Assembly (NCBI GenBank): GCA_034780895.1
Contig: JAUZTB010000057.1
Location: 5,547,956-5,611,955 of the forward strand
Source of the DNA: Rhynchobatus australiae
Taxonomy: Eukaryota
Length of the DNA: 64,000 nt
Direction of reading: 5' to 3'
In this document: piece by piece, positions 1 to 12,128 of the stretch
Position numbering within the stretch: position 1 is the stretch's first letter
How the letters are laid out: each line of letters opens with the position of its first letter
Position numbers and translations under genes: made by a program
The notes under the pieces: model-generated
Database searches by the model: none
What the model was told of the DNA's origin: nothing
Seen by the model: the letters and a program-made list of their open reading frames with translations, nothing else

Positions 1-19
1 CTACAAACTCTAGAGAACG

Positions 20-220
20 GTGAACCAGTGGAATTTGCTGGGAAGAGGACTGTTGATGCCAAGTTACGGGATATATTTAAGAAGGAGATAGATAAATTTC
101 TAGACACAAAAGAAATCAAGGTGAGTGGGGAGAGAATGAGAATAGTTTTATGTTAATGATCAGCCACGATCGTACTGAATGGTGGAGCAGCATCAAAGCA
201 CTGAATAGCCCACTCCTAGA
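20..220 (+). mobile_element. CR1-type LINE 3' end fragment
   Basis: GTGGAAT...TTTAAGAAGGAGATAGATAAATTTCT...GATCAGCCACGAT...TGAATGGTGGAGCAG...CCCACTCCT, the CR1 C-terminus/3' UTR pattern repeated elsewhere in the window. Confidence 0.7.
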
Positions 221-1344
221 TTCCAGCATCTGCAGTACTCTAGCCCACCCCTACTCCTATTTTCCATGTTTCTAACTCCAAATAAATATTCAATAACATC
301 CATTGAAAATGATAACCTCTCACCCAGAAACTCCAGGCTCCTAATTTGTGGAAAACCTAACTGATTGAATGATGTAGTCGAATGCAAAGCAGAACTTCAA
401 TGTAATGTCTCACAATGGAAATAGGTGAGTACACAACCAAGAGAGCACATATCCTTCTGGACCTGTGCAACAATACAAACTTTCAATCAGTGATTACTGT
501 TTGCTACATCCCAGAACCATGTACAGAAAAGGTGGTGAGCATGACATTGGGTAACTTGCAGGTACATTAGTAAACTCTTAGCAGACTGTTCATTTTACGG
601 TGCAACATCAAATAGATCACACTTGAATCTGAGCACTCAATTGTAGCAGTAAACTCATGACTGACTCATATTATTGCCTGTGGATTATGGAAGCGAGTCA
701 CTCCTTTGTACTTGTTTGAGTTCAGTACTATGCTGAGAATCGAAGATACTAACTGACCGTTTAATGTTTATAATAGATACTTCTGGTACAAAATGATAAG
801 CATCACAACAGCCATGTACCATGCAAGGAATGCAAATAAAACATTGCCTGTTTGCAAAATAGGCTGAGAAAACTGCCACCTTTCAGAGCTCTTGCATAAA
901 TATAATGAATGAAGGCCAATCAGCCTCTACTGTCTTATGGCACTTTGAAACAATTTACCGACATTATTGCTATATTTGCCTTTCATGAGTTTGTATCTCT
1001 GCCACTTTGCAACAGAATAGTTTAGTGAATTTATATTTTCTAACCTGTTTAATATTTAAAATGCTTCAATAAAATCCTCCTTAGAAGCTGCACATCTTTG
1101 CACTATTTCTTCACTACTCATATTTTTTGACTGAATAATTTCATTGTCTTGAAACCTACTCCTGCATCCCAATGTCTGGTCACAGTATGAAAGGTACAGT
1201 TAATGCCAGAATCTACAGCATATGCACAGCTTTGAGCTTTTTATTTGCTTTGTTGATTGTTACTAGGCAGTGATTAAGCAAGTGCCATTGGCTGCTATTA
1301 TGCCCAGGAATTTTTTTCAATCTCACCTCTCACTATTTCAACAG

Positions 1345-1815
1345 GACAAAAGAACCGGAAGCAGGAGTAAGCAATCTGATCCCTCAAATGTGTTCCACCT
1401 TTCAGTACAGTCATGGCAGATTTGACCTTGGCCTCAGCACTTTCCTGGTTATATCTTATAATCATCAAATCCCCTATAGACAAAAAATCTGCACCTCTCA
1501 TCCTTGAATATATTCAATCATTCAGTTTTCGCACTTCTCTGGGTAGATAATTCCAAAGATTCATGACTTCCTGAGAGAAGAAATTCCTCCTTGTGTCCGT
1601 CTTAAATGGCCAGCCCCTCATTCTGTAACAATAGCCCTTGTTCCAGATCACTCCCTCAGCATTTACCCTATCAAGCCCCCTCAGAATCTTATATCCATCT
1701 ATAAGATCACCTCTCGTTCTTCTAAACTGCAAACAGCATAGGCTTATCCTACTCAGTCTTTCTTCATAAATAAAACCTTCATCCCAGGGCTCAACTGAGT
1801 GAACCTCCTCTGAAA
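1345..1815 (-). mobile_element. CR1-type LINE 3' end (ORF2 C-terminus and 3' UTR)
   Basis: ORF 1514-1864 contains YEERLSR..RRTRGDLIDGYKILRGLDRV..RRNFFSQEVMNLWNYLP, a typical CR1 ORF2 C-terminus. Confidence 0.85.
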
Positions 1816-2949
1816 TGCATTCATTCAGAAGATCATATGTTGTTGTTTCCCTTCTTGCACTCATTCACTTCCACTAGAACCGACCCATCCATCATCAGAT
1901 TCTAACTTGCTTTGGCAGTCTCTCCAGATCTGATTGTTCCCTTTAGGCCGATATCATTTACAAATCTGACCACTCTGTGTGAAGCTCCTGAATGCAAGCA
2001 ATTAATTAAAGACAGAAAAGATATGCAAGCATTTATCCTGAACTAGGACATCCCAAAGAGAGGTGGGTGGGAGTGGTGGTAACAGATGATTCAATACTTA
2101 TGAAGTGTGGTCACTGTTGTGTAAAAAAAATGTGGCAGCCAATTAGAGCATAGTGAGGTGACAGAAACAATAGTGAAATAAAACACTGCATAATTGATAC
2201 TGATGATATTGATTGATGGTGAAAAACTGGCCAGAACATGGAACACTTCACTTCAAAATAGTGCTGCAGGCAGATAGGGCTTTGTACTGGGTCATCTGAT
2301 AGAAATTACAAATTTGAAACTGCAGGGGTCCTGACCATAATATTAACCCCTCAACTCATTCCAATAAGAAATAGCCTTTCATAACGGTCCTTACATCACT
2401 TCTCCCCGCTCTTCAGCTTATTTCCCATAATTTCTTTGTAAACCCTGCGTTAACCTTTAACCAACACTTATTGATCCAGATCACTGAGGATCCTCGCTAA
2501 CTCCATATTTCTTCATATAACTGTCAGTAACTTTGGGATTTCTGGACAAACATGAAAGTCCCAAAATTGGAGTTATCTCTTTGCAGTTATTTTTCCAGAT
2601 GTGCTCAAAAGCTCGTTCCTCATGGAATCAGTGTGGGGGAGGGGGGGAGGGGGAGGAAACTGGGGAAATTCACCATCACTTGTAATGGGCAATCGACATG
2701 AACAGCTTCTGCCTGGCTAGGTCTGTCAATGGAACAGCGTCATCCATCTGCGATATTGGCTCATTTAATTTTCTTTATTCCTCTGGGAGTGGAGGAAATG
2801 CCCAGCCTGACCTGCCAGGCATGAGTTCCTAATGTGCATTTTGCAACTCCCACATTCTTTTGTCTGTATTCTCACTCTCTAACTGCACACATTCACTCAC
2901 TGACCATATAACTTGTTTACAACTTATCCCATGGTCACCCTGATTTCAC

Positions 2950-3108
2950 CCTATCAGAGACATCCTCCCACTCCCTGCAGACTAACAAGCTTCTTTTTTC
3001 TCCTTCCCAGTTCTGATGAAGGGTCTTTGACCTGAAACGTTAACTCTGTTTCTCTTCCCACAGATGCTGCCTGACCTGCTGAGTATTTCCAGCAGTTTCT
3101 GTTTTTAT
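2950..3108 (+). mobile_element. Penelope-like terminal repeat (pLTR) fragment containing a hammerhead motif
   Basis: CTGATGAAGGGTCTTTGACCTGAAACGTTAACT followed by the tail GATGCTGCCTGACCTGCTGAG..TCCAGCA. The same tail follows a GIY-YIG-type C-terminal ORF remnant at 60275-60865. Confidence 0.75.
3009..3045 (+). ncRNA. Minimal type I hammerhead ribozyme motif (Penelope-type, probably dimer-dependent)
   Basis: Stem I AGUU(3009-12)/AACU(3042-45); core CUGAUGA(3013-19) plus one extra A; stem II GGGUC-UUU-GACCU; GAAAC(3034-38); GUU triplet; stem III is the loopless palindrome ACGU. Confidence 0.7.
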
Positions 3109-3604
3109 TATCCTCATTCACTGCAATAGCAGGAAATGGCCTAGAATTGTAAAATGAATAATAGCTCATTGAGATGTTTTTCTTTAATTGCTTGAGTTTC
3201 TCTGCAATTAGAATTGTATGTTGGCAAAGCAAGTTTACATTGCTTTGTTAGTTGATGTAACCAGGTGCATCAAGAGAGTTGTTGGGAGTAATTTGGGTAG
3301 AATGCAGACAGACATTAGTAAGTTATGTTGGAGTTATAATGATCAATGGATTCTACACAACACAAAGGTCCAAAATCAGAGGAAAGGGGAAGTTGCTCAC
3401 TGCTGATGCAGCAGTAATTTGTTATTGTGCTTAAGCATTTTAGATTTTTCTTCAAGTCTGTAGTTTATTATTCTCACTGCTACAACCTCTAATCTACATT
3501 CTGATTACATCAGTTTACAGCCAATTAAGCAGGGAGAAGTTCTGATTGATGCTGGCCAATAAAGTTATTGCCTGCTTCACATCACTCGCATTGAAGTGCA
3601 AACA

Positions 3605-4070
3605 TTTTCTTTATTCATTTGTGCAAAAGTGCCGCTGACAAGGCAGGAATTTAATGTTCATCCCCAACTGCCTATAAGATGGTGCTGAGTTTGCTACCTT
3701 CAACTGCTGCACTCCCTGTGACAAAGATACTTAATGTCTTTAGATAGGGAATTCCTGGACTTTAAATCAACAATGATGAAGGGATAGTAATACGTTTAAT
3801 CAGAATGACAAGCAACCTGGAGGGACACGTCCACATTCGCCTACTCTCCATAACCATAAGGTACTTGTAAGTTGTGGGTTTGTGAGTTGCTAAGAAAGAA
3901 GTTCTGGTGAGTTGCTTAGCTACTCCTCGTAAATTGTACAGACTTGTAACCATGGTGCGTCAAAGGTGGAGGGAGTTATTGTTTAGGGTGATGGAAGGAG
4001 GTGCCAAATAAACAGGCTGCTGTGCCATGGATAATGTTGAACTTCTGGAGCTGCACACATTGAAACATGA
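3605..4070 (-). mobile_element. Old decayed CR1/L2-type LINE 3' fragment
   Basis: Resembles degenerate LINE segments at about 5200-5640, 7750-8140 and 58930-59200. No intact ORF. Confidence 0.45.
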
Positions 4071-4077
4071 GCAATCC

Positions 4078-4480
4078 CCACTCCTTTGTCTTCCCTTATT
4101 CCCATGGCTCCTTTCCCTCACCTTGATGACCTGCCTATCTCCTCTCCTCCCCTCCCCCATCCTTTATTCCATGGTCCACTGCCCTCTCCTACTGGATTCC
4201 TTCTTCTTCAGCCNNNNNNNNNNNNNNNNNNNNNNNNNNNNNNNNNNNNNNNNNNNNNNNNNNNNNNNNNNNNNNNNNNNNNNNCTATCGTCTGCCTGTG
4301 TGTACTCCTCCCCTCCTCCTCATTCTGGCTTCTGCCCTCATCCTTTCCAGTCCTGATGAAGGGTCTCGACCCAAAATGTTTATTTCCCTCCATGGTGCTG
4401 CCTGACCTGCTGAGTTCCTCCAGCACTTTTTGTGTATTGCTCCAGATACATCCGGCACCTGCAGAATTTCTTGTGTCTCT
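4078..4480 (+). mobile_element. Penelope-like 3' region/pLTR with decayed hammerhead (core at 4353-4359)
   Basis: Pyrimidine-rich tract homologous to 60500-60860, then CAGTCCTGATGAAGGGTCTCGACCCAAAATGTT (GAAAC changed to AAAAT, consistent with CpG decay) and the shared tail. Confidence 0.75.
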
Positions 4481-5661
4481 GACATTGAACGAGTTACTGG
4501 ATTGGTAGCAGCAAATGAGGCCACCTTCCAGCTTTTCAAATCCAAGCCGACTTTCCACAAAAGCAATGCAGCTGGTCACCAGAGACCTGAAATATTTTGC
4601 TTCCAGTCCTGTTCCCTTTTGAAATCTGCCTCCACTACCCCGTCTGGTAATACACTTCAGACCCTAGCCTCTTGTTGGAAAAACAAGTTTTTAATCACAT
4701 CATTTTTGGTTCTTTTGCCAATCACTTTAGACCTATCTCCTCTCCTCCAGTTCTTGAGTTCCACCAAAGGGAACAGTTTCTGTTATCTGCTCTGCCTGGA
4801 TCACTATTAAATATCTCAGTCGTATCACTTTCGACCCTCATTGTTCTATTGAGAGGAATCCCAGCTTCTCCACCTTTCCCTGTAACACAAAACCCTCACC
4901 CTGGAGCCATTCCAGTAAATCTTTTCTGTACTCTTTCCGAGAGCTTCAGTGTCAGAACTAGACATAATCCTGCAGTTGTGGCCATATCAGTGTTTCTAAA
5001 GCTCCATTATAACTTGCTCACTTTGTGCTCCAAGCCTTATTTAGGAAGCCCAGAATCCCAAATGCCTTTTTAGCCACCTTCTCAATCTGTCCTACTACAT
5101 TTAGATGTTTAAAATTGTATCCTTTATATAATATTGCCTCTCCTGCTCCTGCCCACTTTGTTTTTCCTTCACTACCTAACCAGATGCTGAGAGCATTCCA
5201 TCATATCCAGATGCGCGTCTTGTAAATAGTTGAAAGGCTTGGGAGAGTCAGGAGGCGAGTTTCTGCGGGACATTCAACCTCTGACCTGGTTTTGTAACTA
5301 CTGAATTCACCTGCCTGATCCAATGACGTTTTAGTATTGAAAGTGACCCCTGCAAGTTGATGGCATGAGAGTCAGCAATGGCAATGCCACTGCACCCAAT
5401 GCAATATGTAGATGGTCTTTTGGACTGTTGGTACAAATGTTACTTTCTTATTATTGGTCCATGTCTATTGCTGCCTTGGTGTTTCTACATGCAGGCATGG
5501 TCTGCTTCACTACCTCAGGAGTTGCAAATGGAAGTAAATACTAGGAATACAGTGGACATCTCGACTGTGACCTTGTAATGGATGAAGCAGCTAAAGACAG
5601 TTTGGCCTCGTGACTCCTGCACTATGTCCTGGGTCTGAGAAGACTGGATTTCATCCACTGT

Positions 5662-6517
5662 TCTTGCATTGAATGACATCGCCTTCAATTCCATTCACTT
5701 TCGCCAAATCAAAGTTGTGGCTACAGGAATTTGCATGGGCGCGAGCTATGCCTATCTCCTCACGTTAGACTCTGAAAATCCTTCTCAGTACCGCTCCCTT
5801 ATTTCTTGCTCCGGTACAGTGATGACCACATTGACACTGCTTCCTACACTGACACAGAATTTCATCGCTTTTGTTGCCAATATCCACAATGTCCTCGCAG
5901 TCACATGGCCCATCTTGACTTTCCATTCCTTTCTTGACTTCACCTTCACATTAGGGGACCTGTTAGCATCCAGAATCTATTAAGAGCCCACAAGCTCCAA
6001 CTACACCTCCACCTCATTCACAACTACACCTCCTGCTCTGTTGCAACTCTGTTGCATCCTTCACTGTACCTGTTCTGATGACAAGACTTTTCATACATGT
6101 CTACGAGATGTCTTCCTCTTTGATTAACTGTAGTTTCCCCTCTGCCAAAATTGACAGGGCCCTCAATNNNNNNNNNNNNNNNNNNNNNNNNNNNNNNNNN
6201 NNNNNNNNNNNNNNNNNNNNNNNNNNNNNNNNNNNNNNNNNNNNNNNNNNNNNNNNNNNNNNNNNNNNNNNNNNNNNNNNNNNNNNNNNNNNNNNNNNNN
6301 NNNNNNNNNNNNNNNNNNNNNNNNNNNNNNNNNNNNNNNNNNNNNNNNNNNNNNNNNNNNNNNNNNNNNNNNNNNNNNNNNNNNNNNNNNNNNNNNNNNN
6401 NNNNNNNNNNNNNNNNNNNNNNNNNNNNNCACCTGCTCTCTTAGCTCATCCCTTCCCACCATCCAGGGGCCCAAAGTGAAGCAGCAATTCACATGCACTT
6501 CTTCCAACCCAGGGAAC
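5662..6517 (+). mobile_element. Penelope-like element reverse transcriptase remnant
   Basis: ORF 5669-5983 has NDIAFNSIHFRQIKVVATGICMGASYAYL (PLE RT pattern NNFxF....Q..G.AMG..MGP.YA.L) and a downstream FLD....GD.L...IY motif. Frameshifted and interrupted by an N gap. Confidence 0.75.
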
Positions 6518-6941
6518 ACTAAGTCCTCATTGTCTGCAAGGGATGGGACACCAACTTGCCCTGAATAGTGAATAAATCGCGGTTACATGCAAGGCCACTA
6601 GCCATGATGCTAAGGCTGCAATGACATTCAAACCCTCCATGGATGTCACAACTTACATGTGTACTTCAGCTTCTGAGCTTCAACTTGTCAAAACAAGCAG
6701 TGCTTGCCTTTAATTTACTGCATCCAAACAGGGAGGAGATCAACTGGCTTTAGAATTTACTCACCATCCACTGCAGCTGGTAGCTAGTGGTTACCACTGA
6801 AGCAGAAAAGAGCAGAATTGCTCACACAGTGACCCTAGCTCTGGACATACACCCAGCCCACACCCAGGATCCTGACCTGGCCACAATACCAGCAATGTAT
6901 CACTGTTACTGTTACTTTAACATACCAATCACAACGGTAAT

Positions 6942-7069
6942 TTCGGAAGTCACAGACATAGAAATAACATACAAGGGAGATGTAATTTTACACATTTGTG
7001 AAGAATTCGGAAGTCACAGACATAGAAATAACATACAAGGGAGATGTAATTTTACACATTTGTGAAGAA
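6942..7069. repeat. Perfect tandem duplication, 2 x 64 bp
   Basis: TTCGGAAGTCACAGACATAG...ACACATTTGTGAAGAA occurs identically at 6942-7005 and 7006-7069. Confidence 0.95.
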
Positions 7070-7354
7070 TAAACATGGTACCTAACCCCTGGCTCCAGAG
7101 GCTTGAACTGGAGAATGTATCAATAATAAAAGGAACATCAGGAAGCCAACGTACAAAGGGATTTGTGTCAAGTTCTGGTGGTCCCAAAATTTGTGCTCGA
7201 CTAAATTTCCATGAAAAGCAGAGGCTGGCAGAAAGATAAATACATCTTCTGGAACTCATGTTATTAGCCTATGTCATAATTTTTAAAACATTCATTCTGG
7301 GGCTACAGATGCTGCTCGTGAGCCATAATTTATTTTCTTTCCCACTTTTGTCTT

Positions 7355-7640
7355 TGAAAAATGGTAAATTGGTTTATTATTGTCGCATGAACCGAGTAAA
7401 AGACTTGTCTTGCATACCGTCCATACAGATCATTTCATTACAACACTGTATTGAGGTAGTATGAGGGAAAACAATAACAGAATGCAGAATAAGGTGTTAG
7501 TTACAGAGAAAGTGTAGGGCAGGCAGACAACAAAGTCTGAGGCCATAACAAGGTAGATTGTGAGGTCAAGAGTCCATCTTGTGGTACTAGGGGACAGTTC
7601 AATAGTCTTATAACAGCAGGTTAGAAGCTGTCCTTGAGAG
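7355..7640 (-). mobile_element. Rex1/Babar-type LINE 3' tail
   Basis: Reverse complement of the 3' UTR seen at 11020-11290 and 24640-24900. Confidence 0.75.
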
Positions 7641-8839
7641 AGTTGACTGTCAGGCTGTAGTCTCTGATGAAAATATTCCTACGGTGCTGGGTAACTGGAA
7701 ATGGTCTTGTCTTGACACAACTATTAAGTAAGACCATCATTCTTCCAAATTGGTTGTAATTCCAAATAAGATGCAATTAGCGGGAGAGTTTGCACTGGAT
7801 GCTCCCCTTGAACCTGCTCCCTGTGGTTTTCGAAGGAGTTGCAGGTTTGGGAGCTGTTGTAGTGCATTCTGTCATTGTGGATGGACTGCTGATTCTGTAT
7901 TTTGTTCTAGATGGTGTCAAGTTTCTTGAATTCCATTGCAGCTGCTCTGTCCAGGTGTGAGAAGAGTACTTCATCATTCACCTGACTCATCTTGCAAGAG
8001 GTGGAGTGCCTTTGGGAAGTCCTGAAATGAGCTGTTCACTACGGTGTAACTAGCCTCTGATCAGCTCCACCAGTCTAATTGAATTGCTGGTCAATGTCAA
8101 CCACCAGAATGTTGGCAGTAATGGATTCCCAGATAGTCACTGACNNNNNNNNNCTGACACCCGTACTTGATAATTAATAGCTCATTAAATGAGGAATTAA
8201 TGGTTTGTAAAATGAAACAAATTTTTGTTGGAGACTTTATTTTTCCATGCTATTAAAATGCATTTTAGAAATGATATTACATATCTTTTGCTCAATAAGT
8301 TTTTTAGCAGCCACTTTACTCACTGAAGTGCAATTGAGTTCTACTTATGAAAGGCACAACGCCATTAGATACTGCCATACTGCTTGGGCCATCACACTGA
8401 ATAACACAAGGTGTTTTAAAGCCAATATCACAAGGATAAAGGCTGGTTCAAGTTTTAAAAATAACTCCTGCTCAAGTACCAATGGCTGACCCCTAAATAT
8501 CACACATACACTAGAAACATATATTTCTCCTTTTACAGAGGGTAATTTCTGTATATGGATCATCAAGAAAGCTCATACAACACAAAGGATACTATTCCCT
8601 CATCTAATAGACACAAATTTGCACAGCTGGATCCTGCACTGCAGGAAGTGCCACTGCCCTGATGATGCAGAGATACCTACAGCTACTGCACAAAGTTTAA
8701 AAAATACAAAGGAATCACTAAGCCCAAACACAAAGATAGAATGAAATGAGATGGAAATATACTATGAAATAATTCATTAGGGCAATTAGGTCAGATGAAT
8801 TGATACAAGCAACTATTTTGTATTCCATACCAAAGTGAT

Positions 8840-9410
8840 TTAACACTCCATTTCCCAGATACAAAACTGATCCCCCACACCATTACTGCTCATTATTTTC
8901 CCCAGTATATATGCCAATGTTCCCACGATTACTACATTACCCTTGCGACATGCATCTCTAATTTCCTCATTTATACTTTCCCCTTCATTACTACTGAGAG
9001 CAGAGGGAGGGGGCAATGGACAACTCCTCCCCACCCCCAACATTTCCTGTCCCTTGCTTTTATTTTCTGAGCTGCCTGGCTCCCATCCTTTACTGTCAGG
9101 CTCTCCCACCTCTCTTATAAAGATCAAATATCTGGAAATTTAATTTCTAATCTTGGTCACTTCATAACAGCTACTGAATCATAGCCATTTTTTTTCTATT
9201 TGTGCCATTAATTAGTCTATCGTGTTACAGAGGCCTGTGCGCATTTAGGTAAAGAGCCATCAATCTTGCATTTTTACCTCTTTACCACCTCTGATTTTAA
9301 TTGANNNNNNNNNNNNNNNNNNNNNNNNNNNNNNNNNNNNNNNNNNNNNNNNNNNNNNNNNNNNCTATCACCTAGTCTTATCTCTTTAATTTTCTAAATT
9401 TCCACTCAGC
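8840..9410 (-). mobile_element. CR1-type LINE endonuclease-region fragment
   Basis: Minus translation INEEIRDACRKGNVVIVG resembles the APE segment preceding GDFN. Decayed. Confidence 0.55.
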
Positions 9411-10029
9411 TGAAACCAGTAGAATCAGTTCAAACTGGATCTTTAACAAGATAGAATGCCTGAACTACCATCACCTTCTCCCCTGCCTTTCCATCCAATC
9501 AAAGTACTGCTGTTGCCTGAGGATAACAATTTATGTAATTTGTTCCGGACTACATTCCAAGTTTCCATTTTGCATCAAATGTTTCAGCTATTTCATCTGA
9601 ACACAACATTTTTTTTATTATGTGCACCAAACAGTTTTATTCAGTTTAACCATTGAAAAGGGTGGGCATCTTGAGTGAGTTTAGAAAACTACGATTGAAT
9701 TTACTTCCACCACCATTTCAGGGGGTGCTTTCAAAATCACAATAACTTGCTGAGGCATTTTATTTTCTCATGTGCCTCCTGGTCCGTTTGACATCTAGAA
9801 TCCTCTATCCTGCTGTTGGTAAGATTCTTTCAGGTAACCCAAACCCAAAATTATTTCAAATGCATCACATTTTAATTCCTGGCAACAGCTACTCAACTCA
9901 AAGGAATGCATTCAAACATTTTTATCAGTCTTTGTAAATTATATACAACAAAAGGGCAAAGCAGTGTTTGCAGTAGAGTGCCTGGCTACCTGAATTGAGT
10001 CCGACCAGATCCTACTAGGTATAAGAATG

Positions 10030-10480
10030 AATGGAATAGAGGCAGAACCAGGCCACCTGGTTCTTTGAGCAGGCTCACCATTCAGTAAGATGGCTGCCGA
10101 TCTTCTGTCTCAACACCCTTCTCCTGTCCGTTCCCATTACCCTAAATGACTCTACTAACAAGAGAATCACCACCTCGAGTGAAGAAATTGGTCCTCATTT
10201 CAGTCCTAAATGGTCCACCCCCACACCTATCCCATATAGCTCTCCAAAAATGTTGTACCTCTTGTAAGAGGTCACCTCTTATTCTTCAAAACTCTAAAAA
10301 GCAGAGCTTTAGCTCACATAATATTGTTTCATTTGACAACTGACATCCAGGAACTGGTATGCTGAACCTTCACTAGATGCCTTCCAGAGACAATATATCC
10401 TCCTTAGGTAAGGAGAAGAAAACTGTACACAGTACTCCAAGGTATGGTCTCACCAAGAACCTATTTAATAAGATGCCTTT
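10030..10480 (-). mobile_element. CR1-type LINE 3' fragment
   Basis: Similar to 1345-1815 (AAGAAATT..TCCTCAT.TCAGTCCTAAATGG; AACTGTACACAGTACTCCA). Confidence 0.7.
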
Positions 10481-10604
10481 ACTTTCATATTGAAATNNNN
10501 NNNNNNNNNNNNNNNNNNNNNNNNNNNNAGGACACCCACGGCCCCATCATCACTGATCATTTAAAACTTGCTGAATTGCGGGGGTGGGGGGGGGTGGCGT
10601 TGCG

Positions 10605-11290
10605 CACACTCCTGCTTACATCAACAGCGCTGAGGTGAAGAAGGTTGAGAGCCTGTCCTGGTCCAACCATGTAGACGAGGCCAAGAAAGCACACCAGTGC
10701 CTCTACTATCTCAGGAAGCTGAAGAAATTTGGCATGTCCCCTTTGGCCCTCACCAATTTTCATAGATGCACCATAGAAAGCATCCAGATGCATCACGTCT
10801 TGGTATGGCAACTGCTCTGCCAGGGGCTGCAAGAAATTGCACAGAGTTGTGGGTGCAGCTTGGCACATCACGAAACCAGCCTCCCCTCCATGGACTCTAC
10901 ACTGCCTCGGTAAAGTAGCCAACATAATCAAAGACCCCACCTAACCCAGACGTTCTCTCTTCGCCCTCCCATCAGGCAGAATATCAAAAGCCTGAAAACA
11001 TGCACAACCAGGTCAAGGACAGCTTCTATCCTGCTGTTATAAGACTATTGAATGGTCCTCTAGTAGGATAAGATGGACTCTTAACCTCACATTCTACTTT
11101 GTTATGGCCTTGCACCTTATTGTCTACCTGCACTGCACTTTCTCCGTAACTGTAGCACTTTATTCTGCATTGTTATTGATTTCCCTTGTACCACCTCAAT
11201 GCACTGATGTGATGAAGCGATCAGTATGGATGGCATGCAAAACAAAGTTTTTCGCTGTACCTCGGTACGTGACAAAAATAAACCAATTCC
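10605..11290 (+). mobile_element. Rex1/Babar-type LINE, 5'-truncated
   Basis: AKKAHQCLYYLRKLKKFGMSPLALTNFHRCTIES, followed in shifted frames by WYGNC, IIKDP and SFYP.VIRLLN, then a 3' UTR ending AATAAACCAATT. Confidence 0.85.
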
Positions 11291-11329
11291 ATTTTCAATT
11301 TACAAATCTGCAGGATTCATTCCAGAATT

Positions 11330-11645
11330 TGTAGAGTTTTCTAGTTTAATAATCAGAGCATCCACAGCCACCCCTTTTAAAACTTCAGGATCTACATCTT
11401 CTCAGTTTTCAGGCCATTAACTTCTTTTGTCAGATTTCTTTACTAACATTTATACCTTTTACTTCCTCAAATGGACTGGACCCTTGATTGCCTAGTATTT
11501 TAGGGAGGTTTCTTCTGTCTGCTCCTCTGAATACAGAGAAGTATTCAGAGTATTTATTTAATTCCTCTATCATTTCCGTAATCCCCATTATAAATTCTCC
11601 ATCTGTCTCTAGGGGATCCATTATTTGCCCTTGCTAGCCTTTTCC
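11330..11645 (-). mobile_element. CR1-type LINE ORF2 internal fragment
   Basis: PLETDGEFIMGITEMIEELNKY..F.VF is a CR1 ORF2 linker motif. Continues at about 12130-12520 beyond the gap and SINE. Confidence 0.6.
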
Positions 11646-11983
11646 NNNNNNNNNNNNNNNNNNNNNNNNNNNNNNNNNNNNNNNNNNNNNNNNNNNNNNN
11701 NNNNNNNNNNNNNNNNNNNNNNNNNNNNNNNNNNNNNNNNNNNNNNNNNNNNNNNNNNNNNNNNNNNNNNNNNNNNNNNNNNNNNNNNNNNNNNNNNNNN
11801 NNNNNNNNNNNNNNNNNNNNNNNNNNNNNNNNNNNNNNNNNNNNNNNNNNNNNNNNNNNNNNNNNNNNNNNNNNNNNNNNNNNNNNNNNNNNNNNNNNNN
11901 NNNNNNNNNNNNNNNNNNNNNNNNNNNNNNNNNNNNNNNNNNNNNNNNNNNNNNNNNNNNNNNNNNNNNNNNNNNNNNNNNNN

Positions 11984-12128
11984 GAATGTGGGAGGAAACC
12001 AGAGCACCCGGAGGAAACCCACGCAGACATGGGGAGAACGTACAAACTCCTTACAGACAGCGATGGGAATTGAACTCCGATCGCTGGCGCTGTAATAGCA
12101 TTGTGCTAACCGCTACGCTACCATGCCC
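11984..12128 (-). mobile_element. tRNA-derived V-SINE (HE1-like) 5' part
   Basis: Minus GGCATGGTAGCGTAGCGGTTAGC (A box-like) ... GGAGTTCAATTCC (B box-like) ... GGAGTTTGTACGTTCTCCCC..GTGGGTTTCCTCCGGGTGCTCTGGTTTCCTCCCAC (V domain). Confidence 0.85.

Noticed and set aside
2632-2665. G-run cluster (possible G-quadruplex); C-run cluster at about 51725-51750
   Set aside because: Simple low-complexity runs common in vertebrate introns, with no supporting context.
11984-12128. tRNA gene
   Set aside because: The A/B boxes belong to a SINE head followed by the V domain; no cloverleaf is evident.
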